Below are positions 53,082-64,000 of a DNA stretch of 64,000 nucleotides, one piece after another. The stretch is from the NCBI GenBank assembly GCA_051362555.1, contig CM120649.1, positions 11,718,001-11,782,000 of the forward strand. Reading direction: 5' to 3'. Position 1 is the stretch's first letter. Each line of letters begins with the position of its first letter. This stretch comes from Lingula anatina (lineage: Eukaryota > Animalia > Brachiopoda). A model generated the notes under the pieces. It ran no database searches and had not been told where the DNA came from. It saw only the letters and a program-made list of their open reading frames with translations. The position numbers and the translations under genes are program-made.

Positions 53082-54504
53082 TTTTGTAAAGTTTGGACAG
53101 GTAAACCAGTTTAATGACAGTGTGTCCCACTTTGAAGCAGTCGTTGGACTCTAAGGTCAACTGCATCAGCTGTAAGGCAGTATCTGTTCGTTGTACATGG
53201 ATACCACATTTTTGCCATGCCCATCATGCAAACGCCATGTTGCCGCGCGCGCAGCTGGTCGTCAAAGTGTCGTCTGCCACGAGTAATGATTGCCGTCTGC
53301 CAGTATAAAGATGACGGTGTCCTCCCCGAGAACAGGCTTGTGCATTTGTTAGGCCAAAAAATGCGGTTATGCCCTTGTCACAATACCGTACTGGACTGTG
53401 TTGTCCCGAAACGTGGAACAAAATTACATTTCTCCCATTCTCAGATGATGATGTTGTAGGTGTCAATCCTTGTTTAAAGGGACTCATTCAGTTCTATGAA
53501 ACATAAACCCCTCAATGGTATAATCAAAAAGCATATGGATCATACGCCTAAACTGCAGATTACAAATGAAGGAAGTTAATGTATTAAATTGGCAAAGTAA
53601 CATCTTACCATTTTTATTTTATTTAGTTCTCTATGGTTCTGTAGGTCAGCATTGGGATAAGAGCTTTATTATTTTTTATTACATGCTTTACGATTCCCCA
53701 TTTGTTATAGTTTTGCCAACAATTCAATGTGTTACTTAGAATAGAAACTCTCAAGTCAGTTTTATCCAATTTCCGATCAGAAAAAAGCGATCACTAGAAT
53801 TAGATAATGTCGGAATCTAAGGAGGATATGAACGTTAGTCAGAGACGCTATATAACGTCCGACCTAAATATTAATACGCCGTTATCACAACGGCATTAAC
53901 TCCATTAATGTCTCACGTTTAATCATTAACAGTTTATTATAACTGTGAAACAACCTAATATTTATCAATATGAAAATACAATGTGTAATAAATTTTCAAT
54001 TTTAGTGACTTTTCCTTTTAAAGAAAATCGTGCCAGTACCGCAGATCGAGTTATAATATGACATTCTCAAAACAGATGTGCAGCCGGCTGCGCCTAAACC
54101 AGTCGCGATACCCGGTACATTATTTCAATCACGTACATCGTTCTTAAAACACTTCATTTCCACCTCAAGCAAGGTACGGGTCGCTCTGACCGACCCGCCG
54201 CCGTTGTATGACACTCAGTGAATGTACAGAGCTGACGGGGTGCCTTCACCTTCTGAGGCCATATTGTGAAAAAAATAACATCACCTATCTCGTTGAGGGT
54301 CGTCTGCGCTATTCTTCCACTTTCGGCTAGACCAGTTGTATATTGAATGGGTTATAGAATTGCCGGTTCTTCATTTGGAGAATTATAACACTCGGTGTGC
54401 ATTGATCGCGCCAAGTGAGATTTCCTTCATGGTTAAGATGATATTGAAGCAATATAGCGGCAGTGTACAAAGTCGACTGACCTCGTGTATCTCTTAAATT
54501 ATCA

Positions 54505-54535
54505 GTAACTAAATTTAATTTTCTTGTTCTTTCAG
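54505..54535 (+). other. Branch point and 3' splice acceptor of the FAM43 coding exon
   Basis: taactaa..ttttcttgttctttcAG; exon starts at 54536. Confidence 0.75.
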
Positions 54536-54554
54536 ATTTTGGGGAAAAAAGAGA

Positions 54555-54620
54555 ATGGCAAAAACATTCAGTCGAAGAATGAAATCATTGGATACTTGGA
54601 AGATGGACCAAGAAGGATAG
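54555..54620 (+). other. Upstream ORF, 21 aa (MAKTFSRRMKSLDTWKMDQEG)
   Basis: ATG with A at -3 and G at +4, two more in-frame ATGs, TAG at 54618-54620; lies inside the predicted 5' UTR. Confidence 0.5.
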
Positions 54621-54763
54621 CCAAGATCGGGTCTAAAACGGATAAACCCTAAATAAAACGACGGACGCTGACTTCCCTGGCATCGTTACTTACTTAGTGA
54701 ACACACACAGACCGCAGCAGTCTGTTTCAGGAATAAGGAAAACAAAAAACGCAAACCGCAGTC

Positions 54764-55900
54764 ATGAATCTTTTTCGCAAAAAGAAAATCACTATCAGTG
54801 AGCGGGAGCCCTCATATAAAGTACGTTACCTTGGAAACGTACAGACTAGTATGACTAAAGGAGAGGGGTGCGTGGACAAGCCGGTGTCTCTCCTGTGGAA
54901 TAACTATCTGACAAGGCCCGTACCTGCTATGGAAATGGACTTCTCCATCAGCGCATCCGGTTTGAAAGTATACACTAGGGAACAGGGGATGACGGAATAT
55001 TCTGCACACCGGATTTTATACTGTGTAGCCCACCCAGAGTATCCAAGGTTATTTGCATGGGTTTATAGACACGAGGGGAAGAAAATGAAAGTGGAATTAC
55101 GTTGCCACGCTGTGTTGTGTTCCAGCAAGCACAAAGCCGAGCAAATTGAGACTCAGTTAAAAGCGAAATTAAAAGAGGCACTCACGGAGTTTATGAGGGA
55201 GAAAACCAGACGGCAGAACTCTCGCCTGGCAAGATCCCAGTCTTTGGGATCTGCGGGACAGCCACAGGTGCCCCTACGGAAAAAACTCCTCAGTCCCGGA
55301 CAGAATTTTAAGCCACCGATCGAAAGGTCACTTAGCGCGCCAAAACTGATCGCAATTTGTGAGGACGGGGAGTCGGAGCATATTGAGTCCAACGCGAAAT
55401 TTGGAGCCTCTATGTGTATCGTTGAGGAAGAGGAGGAAGAAGAAGAAGAGGAAGAGGAAGATATTATGGATAGATCAATGGAATGTTCGGAATCTAGCGC
55501 GGAAGCAGACGACTTAAGCGCAATAAATTTCGTAACGGCATTGGAGGACTTGGAGGAGCTAAGTTTCGAGGACTCAGACGCTGTTGAGGTCATCAACAAC
55601 CATAAGTATTTAAATGGTGACGATTTATCCGATCATATAGTTGACCTTGACCTTGAGGATTCAGACGATCCACTATTTGCTGACAGGGGTTGCAAGGATA
55701 GCCAACTCGCGCCAAGTGATAGTGACGGCGCCAGTTCCGAGTCGGGGTTTTCCGAGCAAAATGACTCGCAGAAACAAGAAAATGGCGGACATCATTCTTT
55801 GACCAATGGTTTCCTAAAGACAGATACGTTACAGAGCATATCTGAAAATTCTCAAAGTGACTCCACCTCCACCTTGTCAGGGCATACGGAGAGGTTGTGA
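54764..55900 (+). CDS. FAM43A: Protein FAM43 (FAM43A/B-like; N-terminal PTB/PID_2 domain, acidic disordered C-terminus), 378 aa
   Basis: FAM43 hallmark motifs: ITIS..EPSYKVRYLGNV.T...KGEGCVDKPV..LW, RILYCVAHP.YPRLFAWVYRHEGKKMKVELRCHAVLC, EF.REK.RRQN.RL, F.PP.ERS.SAPKL..I.E. Poly-Glu (12) at 55424-55459. Intronless CDS, as in vertebrate FAM43 genes. Confidence 0.93.
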   Translation: MNLFRKKKITISEREPSYKVRYLGNVQTSMTKGEGCVDKPVSLLWNNYLTRPVPAMEMDFSISASGLKVYTREQGMTEYSAHRILYCVAHPEYPRLFAWVYRHEGKKMKVELRCHAVLCSSKHKAEQIETQLKAKLKEALTEFMREKTRRQNSRLARSQSLGSAGQPQVPLRKKLLSPGQNFKPPIERSLSAPKLIAICEDGESEHIESNAKFGASMCIVEEEEEEEEEEEEDIMDRSMECSESSAEADDLSAINFVTALEDLEELSFEDSDAVEVINNHKYLNGDDLSDHIVDLDLEDSDDPLFADRGCKDSQLAPSDSDGASSESGFSEQNDSQKQENGGHHSLTNGFLKTDTLQSISENSQSDSTSTLSGHTERL

Positions 55901-57694
55901 AATGAACGGTTTAGAATCTAGCTTCGAATCTATTAAATCGCTCAAACGTATATTTTTTCTACTTTTACAAAGCGTGCATGGGACATATCAATCTGGTACC
56001 TCGTTCAGTTATTTAAAAATGTGCAAACGATTTCGAAAAGATGATGTCTGCCAAAGTCTGCACCTGGATGTAAACACCGAATTGTGGATGGATAACCGTG
56101 TTTTATCCCTTCATGATACCGCCATGCGTTCAAACAGACGGCGCCATGCAATGTAAAGAAAAACGTAACGATGACGCTTATTAACAATGAATTCTGTCCC
56201 CAGAAACAATAACTTTTTGTCGTTTTGAATATCGCGTTGTGCAAAGATAGTCAGGGACATTGTTAAGAGTCAAATTCGGTACCCAAGACTATAAGGCTCA
56301 AAAATTGACTGACTTGATGTCGTCCTTACAATGTGTTCAGCGGAGAATGTCCTTTTTATGGATAACAAGTATTAAGATTATTGTTGCGCTAGATTTGATA
56401 TCCTGCTAAGGCTCATTATGGATGATGAAATAATGTATGTCAGTCGGAGTCGTTAAGTTATTAATTGTTTCACCCGCACAGGCATGCAGACCATAGCTGT
56501 GAGAACACCTTGCAATGATCATAATATGTACCTGGCCTTCAAATAAGGTCTGTCCTTCCGTGAAATATTAACACTTATGTTATTATCCAAGTCATAAAAA
56601 ACTGATGGTGTTTTCTGAAAGTGCTTGGGAGGACTTGACTATATGACCAATAAATGCACCGAATTTCGGATTTTCTTGCATTAAGATGTTCAGAAGTCCT
56701 CGGCGGCACATATCTAAATTTAAATGCTCATCATATAGTAACTGAACAAGAATCAAAGTTCTTCGAAGCAACTTGAGTCCATTTATGCAATATCCAATAA
56801 TCTTATATATATTCTATGTGAAGTGGCTGAGACAGTGCTCCGTGCATAGTCATGGTAAAAGTCAAAGTCTTCTCAGGATGTGGAGACTAATGGTCAATAT
56901 ATATTGCAATACGAAATCTTTGTATCTTTGTATAGAATGTAGTTAGCTAATATAATAATATTAATCCTGCTGTGCAGACATGTTTATATATAATATGCCA
57001 TTATGGTGAGATAGTTTTCTTTTATTGTCAGTTGCCTTTTTTCCAATACTCCCTTTATTCGCGTCTTATTCTCTCATTATATGATGTGGTTATTTCTTTG
57101 TGGACTATTTTAGCCTTTGACGTAATAACGTGATTATTATTTTCTCCTTGCGGTTTTTATGTGTCCCAGAGGTTTTAAAGGATAGCAAGAAAGCCTATTT
57201 AGCTGCAGTTGTATGTATTAATCCTTTAGTCTTTGTAACTACTGATCATTTTGGAATCACTTTTGGTCACTTTAAAAATAAGGTGTAATCCGACTTGATA
57301 TTTTGTCGCAATGCACCGAAATGGGCATACCGTCTCTGGATAAAGCTCCCAAATTTTGACCCATTTAATTTTATGAAACTTTTGTAGATATGTTGTTTAT
57401 TTTGTATCTTCTAGCATATCCATCTTTTGTATATTTTTGTTTAGGGCAACGTTTGACATTAGTGGGTAAACGTGCACTTATAAATTCATCTGCTTTGAAA
57501 TAACGCCGCTCTTATAACGATTTTTACTATTTTCTGACTATTGATACTGCAACAAAAAATGCATGAAAGGAGACATTTATGGACAGGCGATGCTGATATA
57601 TTAAAAAAGACCCAAACATTTTGAACCTGGTTCCTTAAGGGGGGGTCTATAGGTTATAAATGGGGTTACCCCTTCCCCGGCTTCAATTTCCTCA

Positions 57695-57695
57695 T

Positions 57696-57738
<43 letters not shown>
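57695..57738. repeat. (TTTA)n tetranucleotide repeat
   Basis: Directly visible. Confidence 0.9.
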
Positions 57739-60384
57739 GTTTGAATCTTAATATAGGCGTAGTTTTGAGTTATGGAAGGTTAAGCTACAGAGTTTCGATA
57801 ATGGCTCCATTTGGATATGTGGCACCGGTGATATTTTCATTCATTTACTTTTGCTTACATATGTTACTTGGCATGCGTTATTTTTATGCAATATCCTTTT
57901 CAGCTGTTGCCATGCAATGGCGCATTTTGTATAGAAATGGCACGAAAGTCCGAATGGCTGAATTTGATTTACTTAAGTTCCCTTCAAACCAAAGCTGCAT
58001 ACAAAATTAATTGTTCATGTCATTATACGAGGCAAAGACGAATCTACGTAGCAAAGTAAGCGCCTGTTTACATTTTATATTCCATATAAAAAAGTCACAG
58101 ATACGTGTCACTAATGTTCAATAGTTAAAGTTCTCTTCATGACATTGACACTGTTTCTAGGTATATATATATATATAAAGAGTATGTTATATAGCTATTG
58201 TCCACCACTGAAAGTAAGTTTACAGTACAATGTGTAAAGATATGAAAATGGGTGAACATGTTATGCACTTAAACTTTTTTTATAATAAAACTGAAAAAAA
58301 TGGACAACGAGACTTAGTACAATATGAAAAACAAAAAGTTAACGTGGAAACAAGTTAATATATTTGGGATGTATATGATAGAAAATGAACATTAAAACAG
58401 GGTACATAAATGTGGTTTAAATATTTGAATCATAAACTATATTTGGCACTTTTAGGAAGGGAAAATGGCCACAAGTGGAGGATAACCTTTATTTTTGATA
58501 TATTAATTATCAACAGCAGTTGTTGAATATAGGCGACGGTATACATATTGTCATATATATTAAGTGCTTGCACATTCGTCTAGTCTACAATACATGTTGA
58601 ATAAAATAATTTACTATTATATATACAAATGCAATTGTTGAGTACTGTTTCTGTTATTCTTTTAACATGCATATTTTAAAACTTTTGGTATTTAATATTG
58701 AATTTGAAACCAATACACCTGTTGAAATTCATTTTCCAGAAATATTGTATCGTATTTAACTGTCTGACTCACTACAAATATTCATTCAAATATTTTAGTG
58801 TTTCGATGGGGTGCCTCTTGTTTAACAAATTAATATATTTAATTACCCACCAACCTAATATATCTTGGCTTCAGCTGGCATAAATTGTTCAGAAACTCGT
58901 CTTTCTTCCTCATCTTTTACTACAAACACGTATCGACCCTTCGTCTTAGAAATCTATTTACTTTCTCTTATTATTTCACAAGGCACTATTAGAATTAAAA
59001 TAAAACACCTGTACAAAAAAGTATTTTGTACTTGGAATTAACATCGAGGCGTATCCCCAACATTCCATTTATTATTAAATGTATTTTAATAAATCCGTGA
59101 CAATGCACTGAAAGCAGCGAGGGTCTACAATTATCTTATTTCAGTTTTTAGAAAAATCTTATATACGCAATTTGCACATAAAATGGATCTTTCCTTTAAA
59201 AATACTTCTACTTACAAACCATTGCTCGAGCCGATTTTGTTTTTTGTACTATTTTCCATGACATCTAAGCTGTTAATTAAGAAATATAGACATCAAGTAC
59301 TTTTTATTTAAGGGGCTTTATCGTTCTTAAACGCTAAATTGAGAATAACCGTAATAGACTTTCGAAATTTGGTTTTCTTCGATGTTTGGTGTCGAAAAGA
59401 AGTCGAATATGGGCAGTTGAATATCATGAGAATACACTCGGGAGGACAGCGGCATAATTGTGCTGGGTGAGACTTAATTGTTGTGCCGCACTGATTGCTA
59501 TAGGCATATATAGCTCATTGCTTTAGGTGAACTCTGACCTCCAGCTGCAAAAAAATAGTGGAGACCTTTTGTATTTTTTCCAAGATGGAAGAGAAAAAAA
59601 TGTGAAATGTGTAAATGAAATTAAAAAACGTCATCTTTATAGCAAGAAATGCGTATCTGATACATCTTACCGACACTCAGCGTCGCTCGTTCACTAACTT
59701 TTTAGTGTCATTTTTGTTTGGTCTAACTGAAATATCAAAACTTGCTTTGGCCGGCCACGCGCACCCTCCCTCAGGGCCGCGGATGACAATACATTAATTA
59801 TGTGCATTTGTCTTCATCGCAAAAATCGTGTCAGGAATATAGGCCTACCAGAGGCATATGTGTGAATATTTAGTGAAAACCAATCTGTGATCCCCAATGA
59901 GATAGAGATAGGTTATGGGAACGTAGTCGTAAACTGAAGGTACACAAAAGAGGATTGGGACTCTAAAATTCATATTTAACGACTTATCCCGGAGTATTCG
60001 GCTACTGATTTACAACCAGACGCAAGATCGTAGGCCTACGTTACAAGCGATAGATTGCCCTATTGCATGAATATGCAATGATAAAAGGGCTATCAACTCT
60101 ACATACAGCAATTAGTAAGGTGATAACGTTTGTCTCTCAAGCTGAGTTTGCATTGGTAGGCCCTATTGGGTGAGTTTTCGATGAGAGAATCGAATTTATC
60201 TGAGACTTTTCTGTCTCTGTATCTGTCTAAACCAGCCTTCGTTCACGTTACAAAAGTCTTACTCACGTGAGTTTTATCGTTTTTAGTTGGTAGGGTAGTT
60301 AATCGATATTTCAAAATTGGCATCAAAAATGGCAAAGGATTGGGCCTATCTTGGTAAATGCCGCACACAAATGCCGCTATTTAT

Positions 60385-60519
60385 CCAATCAGATTAACAG
60401 AACGTAATGTTACCAAGCAGGTGAAAAGCTTACAAATATAATCACAGCCTTGTAAGATTTCTCATTAAGAGACGACAAATACACCTTACCTGCTTAATAT
60501 CGCCCTCAAACAGGTAAGT
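60385..60519 (+). promoter_or_regulatory. DYNLL copy 1 promoter and non-coding exon 1
   Basis: CCAATCAGA at 60385, X-box-like GTTACCAAGCAG at 60409, TATAAT at 60437, donor CAG|GTAAGT at 60513/60514. Intron 60514-60938 has branch point TACTGAC at 60919-60925. Most elements are conserved in copy 2. Confidence 0.7.
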
Positions 60520-60942
60520 TTTTAACAAAGTGCCAGTAATATAAATTAAGTAGAACTGCCGGTAGGCCTTTAGGGAAGGGGGTAGGGGCTCGAGGGGGGG
60601 GGTGCTGTGTCTCACTGTAAGCCCTACATGTGTAGTGGTCATAAAGGGTGATGGCAAACTCACTTGGTTTTGTCTTGACTCGTTCATCAGACTGTTTTGG
60701 AGAGGTAGAAGTGAAGGTTACAGTTGGTGTTATGGAGTGGGAGATACGCCCCATTGGATTCAGCACTGGATGAGAGGTTAAGGATTCGCTGCTAGGCCTA
60801 ATGCCTTATTTGCGTTGTCATAATTTTCTAAGTTACTGTAGTGTACTGGCAAGTGAAGTGTGAATGATCTCATACGTTCAGTAATTTAAATGTTTTACAA
60901 CATAATTTCATTTATGTGTACTGACATATATTTTTCAGAAAA

Positions 60943-61212
60943 ATGTCTGAGAGAAAGGCCGTAGTTAAAAATGCTGATATGTCTGAAGACATGCAGCAAG
61001 ACGCAATTGACTGTGCCACACAGGCGCTAGAAAAATACAACATTGAAAAAGACATCGCCGCTTACATCAAGAAGGAATTTGACAAGAAATACAACCCTAC
61101 CTGGCACGCGATTGTGGGGCGCAACTTCGGCAGCTACGTGACACACGAAACCAAGCATTTCATCTACTTCTACCTAGGCCAAGTTGCCATCTTACTCTTC
61201 AAGTCTGGCTGA
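60943..61212 (+). CDS. DYNLL: Dynein light chain LC8 (DYNLL1/2 family), copy 1, 89 aa
   Basis: Near identical to metazoan LC8 ([81 protein letters not shown]). Acceptor AG at 60937-60938; AATAAA at 61455-61460. Confidence 0.98.
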   Translation: MSERKAVVKNADMSEDMQQDAIDCATQALEKYNIEKDIAAYIKKEFDKKYNPTWHAIVGRNFGSYVTHETKHFIYFYLGQVAILLFKSG

Positions 61213-61686
61213 ACCAGAAGAATTCCCACAAGCACCTGTACTCTGACTTCTTTTTTTAAAAAAATGGTGGAAGACAAATACTTTTATGAGACAATGAAAA
61301 GCAGATGATATTTATACAGGAGATATTTTCCATGGTGACTATGTGTGGTCTTAGTAAACTTTAACTCAACAAATCATGAGATAAATTTGCAGACATCTTA
61401 CATTATGTGATCCTTCTCTGTATGCATTTTATATTTATAAATATTTTTTGAAAAAATAAAGTAAATTATTGTTTAAGTATTTATGTGTTTGAATTTACTT
61501 TTTTGATATTCTTAAGTGGCCATATTTAATCTGTTCTGTCACCGAACGCTCCTATAACCTTCTAATATTAAGCTATTAAGTTATCTAACCAAGTCAAAGC
61601 CACTATCTTTCTCTACTACCAAAGAAAAAAAGATCGAGACTGTTCCATAAAGTAATTCCATCCTGAATTTTAATCAAAGCTTTTGG

Positions 61687-61939
61687 AACTAGAAAAAACA
61701 CTCCGAGAGCGCAGACCTCCGCCAAGGTAGCAATTTTTATTATTATTGATTAATGATTGCTTATTGAGCCGGATCACCACCAAAAACTAATCATCTCTTC
61801 TTTGGCCCACTTCTGACAGTTCTTGGAAATTTCATCAAAATCGGTCCATAACTTTTTTAGTTATGTTGATGACAATCAAACAAACAAACAAACAGACAAA
61901 CAGGGGTGAAAACATAACCTCCTTGGTGGAGGTGATAAT
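61687..61939 (-). mobile_element. Non-autonomous Helitron/Helentron-associated element (HINE-like)
   Basis: Subterminal inverted repeats ACCTCCGCCAAGG (61715-61727) and CCTTGGTGGAGGT (61921-61933), (CAAA/CAGA)n microsatellite, 3' hairpin gcgctctcggagtgt and CTAG-TT end on the minus strand. Confidence 0.85.
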
Positions 61940-62598
61940 AGGCCTACTGTTTTTCTCCTGTTCATGATAAACCTATATTTATCCAGTATTTTCATGTGTT
62001 GGGTTGAACTATAAGACGATTTGGCTTGTTACAAAATATATAACTAATGGAAACATTGCCTGTAAAGGTAGACGTTAACGTCGGTATTACTTTGAACTTT
62101 TATTTTCTGAACCAGCTCCCTTAAAGCATTGTGTAGGGCCTAACAAGCTGTCCACACGGGCATTTGTGCTGTCCCGGACATGCCTGCGTTTCCATTGTCG
62201 CTGGCGTGCAAGTCGACATTTTCCCTGCTGTGTCCTCTACGCCTTTGTGAACAACATAATTTTTTCCATTGCCTGATTTCTATGAAGGATCAATTTACCG
62301 TTCTCACCTTGTGCAATAGGGCGACTGGTTGAAAAATGCGTTGTGCGCATTGGGCGTAGGCCTACATATAGCAGAGAGAGAGAGAAAAAGAGTTGATCAT
62401 CGCACGCAGAAAAATCAGCGGCGAACTGTATACAACATTTGCCTCCCTTGAATCTGATTCAAGGTTTATCTATTCTTGTGGCAAAAAGGGTATCTAACCT
62501 AACCCCAGCTAGTTATTTTACTAATTTTAAACCTGTTCTCACGCAAGACAGTGTTGGGCCTATCTTGTTAAATGCTCCGCGAAAATGCCGTTTATTGT

Positions 62599-62726
62599 CC
62601 AATCAGATTTATGAATGGTAATGTTACTAAGCAGTATAAAAGCTTTAAAATATAACCACAGCATTTTTAGATCAGAGACAAAATATACATCTATCACAGC
62701 TTAATACCGCCCTTAAACAGGTAAGT
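62599..62726 (+). promoter_or_regulatory. DYNLL copy 2 promoter and non-coding exon 1
   Basis: CCAATCAGA at 62599, GTTACTAAGCAG at 62623, TATAAAA at 62635-62641, donor CAG|GTAAGT at 62720/62721; intron 62721-63321. Confidence 0.7.
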
Positions 62727-63307
62727 TTTTAACAAGGTGCCAGTTATATTAATTCAGTAGCACTGGCGGTTACAGGATTGAACTAAATAAGGGTAGGGGC
62801 GCGAGGAATGTGCGGTGTGCACAATTAAGAACACATTGCTTTGCTGCCCTTAAGCAAATATGCTAGAATAGAAGAGAATGAATTTATTAATGTAGGTCAG
62901 AGTGGTGAAAATATATCTTCTTGGTTCCTTTGTTTTCCGGGTTTTTGAGAGGTAGGAAGAGTAGGCCTACAATAGGAGCTATGGAGTAAGGGATACACCC
63001 CTATGGTACAGCATTGTGGGGAGAAGTTTAGGATTTGCTATTATTGTCATAGATAAGATAATCAAATCATTTTTTTTTTTTTTTTTTTTTTGTGGATTGC
63101 ATTTTATGACGCCGAAATTTACGTGTAGGCCTACATTTTTATATTCCTAAATAATAAGGCCTTTTCTTTATTTTGTCCCCTACTGTAGACTATTATTGCA
63201 ATAATTTTGTCAGTAATTCTAGTGCACTGGCAAGTGTGAATGATTCGTAAAATTATTTAGATAATTTTTTTACCTTTCAATTCAAATAATGAAATTTTAT
63301 GTGCTGA

Positions 63308-63595
<288 letters not shown>

Positions 63596-64000
63596 ACCAG
63601 AAGAATTTCCACAAGCATCTGTACTCTGACTTTTTTTTTACAAAAATAGTCGTAGAAAAATACTTTTTTTCTGAGACAATGAAAAGCAGATGACATTTAT
63701 ACAGGAGTTATTTTCCATGGTGACTATATGTGGTCTTAGTAAACTTTCAACTCAACAAATCATGTGAGAGAAATTTGCAGACATCTCATGTGATCCTTCT
63801 CTGTATGCATGTTTTTATTTATATATATTTTTAATAAAGCAAATTATTGATTACCTTGATTTTTGTGTCATATTTTACTTTTTTTTTATATTTTTGAATG
63901 TTTATATTCTTTCTGTTCTGTCACCGAATGCGCCGTTACCCTTCCAATATTGTAATTAAATGAACTATCCAAGACAAAATACCAAATTACGAAAAATAAA

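Larger units (their letters stand above)
60340..61600 (+). repeat. Tandem duplication unit 1 (DYNLL promoter, exon 1, intron, CDS, 3' UTR)
   Basis: Alignable with about 62554-63980 from ttgggcctatcttg through ctgttctgtcaccgaa and beyond. Confidence 0.9.

Noticed and set aside
54830-54850. GNVQTS in FAM43 as an LC8-binding (TQT-like) motif linking the neighbouring genes
   Set aside because: Lies in the folded PID domain, whereas LC8 motifs need disordered context.

Overview
AT-rich, microsatellite-rich animal genomic DNA, probably a marine invertebrate deuterostome (echinoderm/hemichordate-like; inferred from composition and repeat types, not proven). Five credible protein-coding genes are present, all on the + strand, each with an intronless CDS just downstream of a 3' splice acceptor: a Tartan/Capricious-like LRR single-pass membrane protein (5846-7435), a divergent FAM43-type PTB/PID-domain protein (10952-11659), a canonical FAM43 protein (54764-55900), and two tandem dynein light chain LC8 (DYNLL) genes (60943-61212, 63326-63595). 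The 43 kb between the two PID genes has no convincing CDS. It holds non-autonomous DNA transposons (MULE-type with 9-bp TSD, two Harbinger-type MITEs, a 2.5-kb Kolobok-type relic), candidate non-coding exons and promoters (RFX/Forkhead, NRF1/CCAAT, CRE cluster) and microsatellites. A Helitron/HINE element sits between the DYNLL copies. I see no clearly new biological system. The best leads are the DYNLL paralogue pair (differing at residue 41, sharing C56A), the divergent FAM43 paralogue with a relocated 14-3-3-type motif, and possible multi-promoter/uORF control of FAM43.
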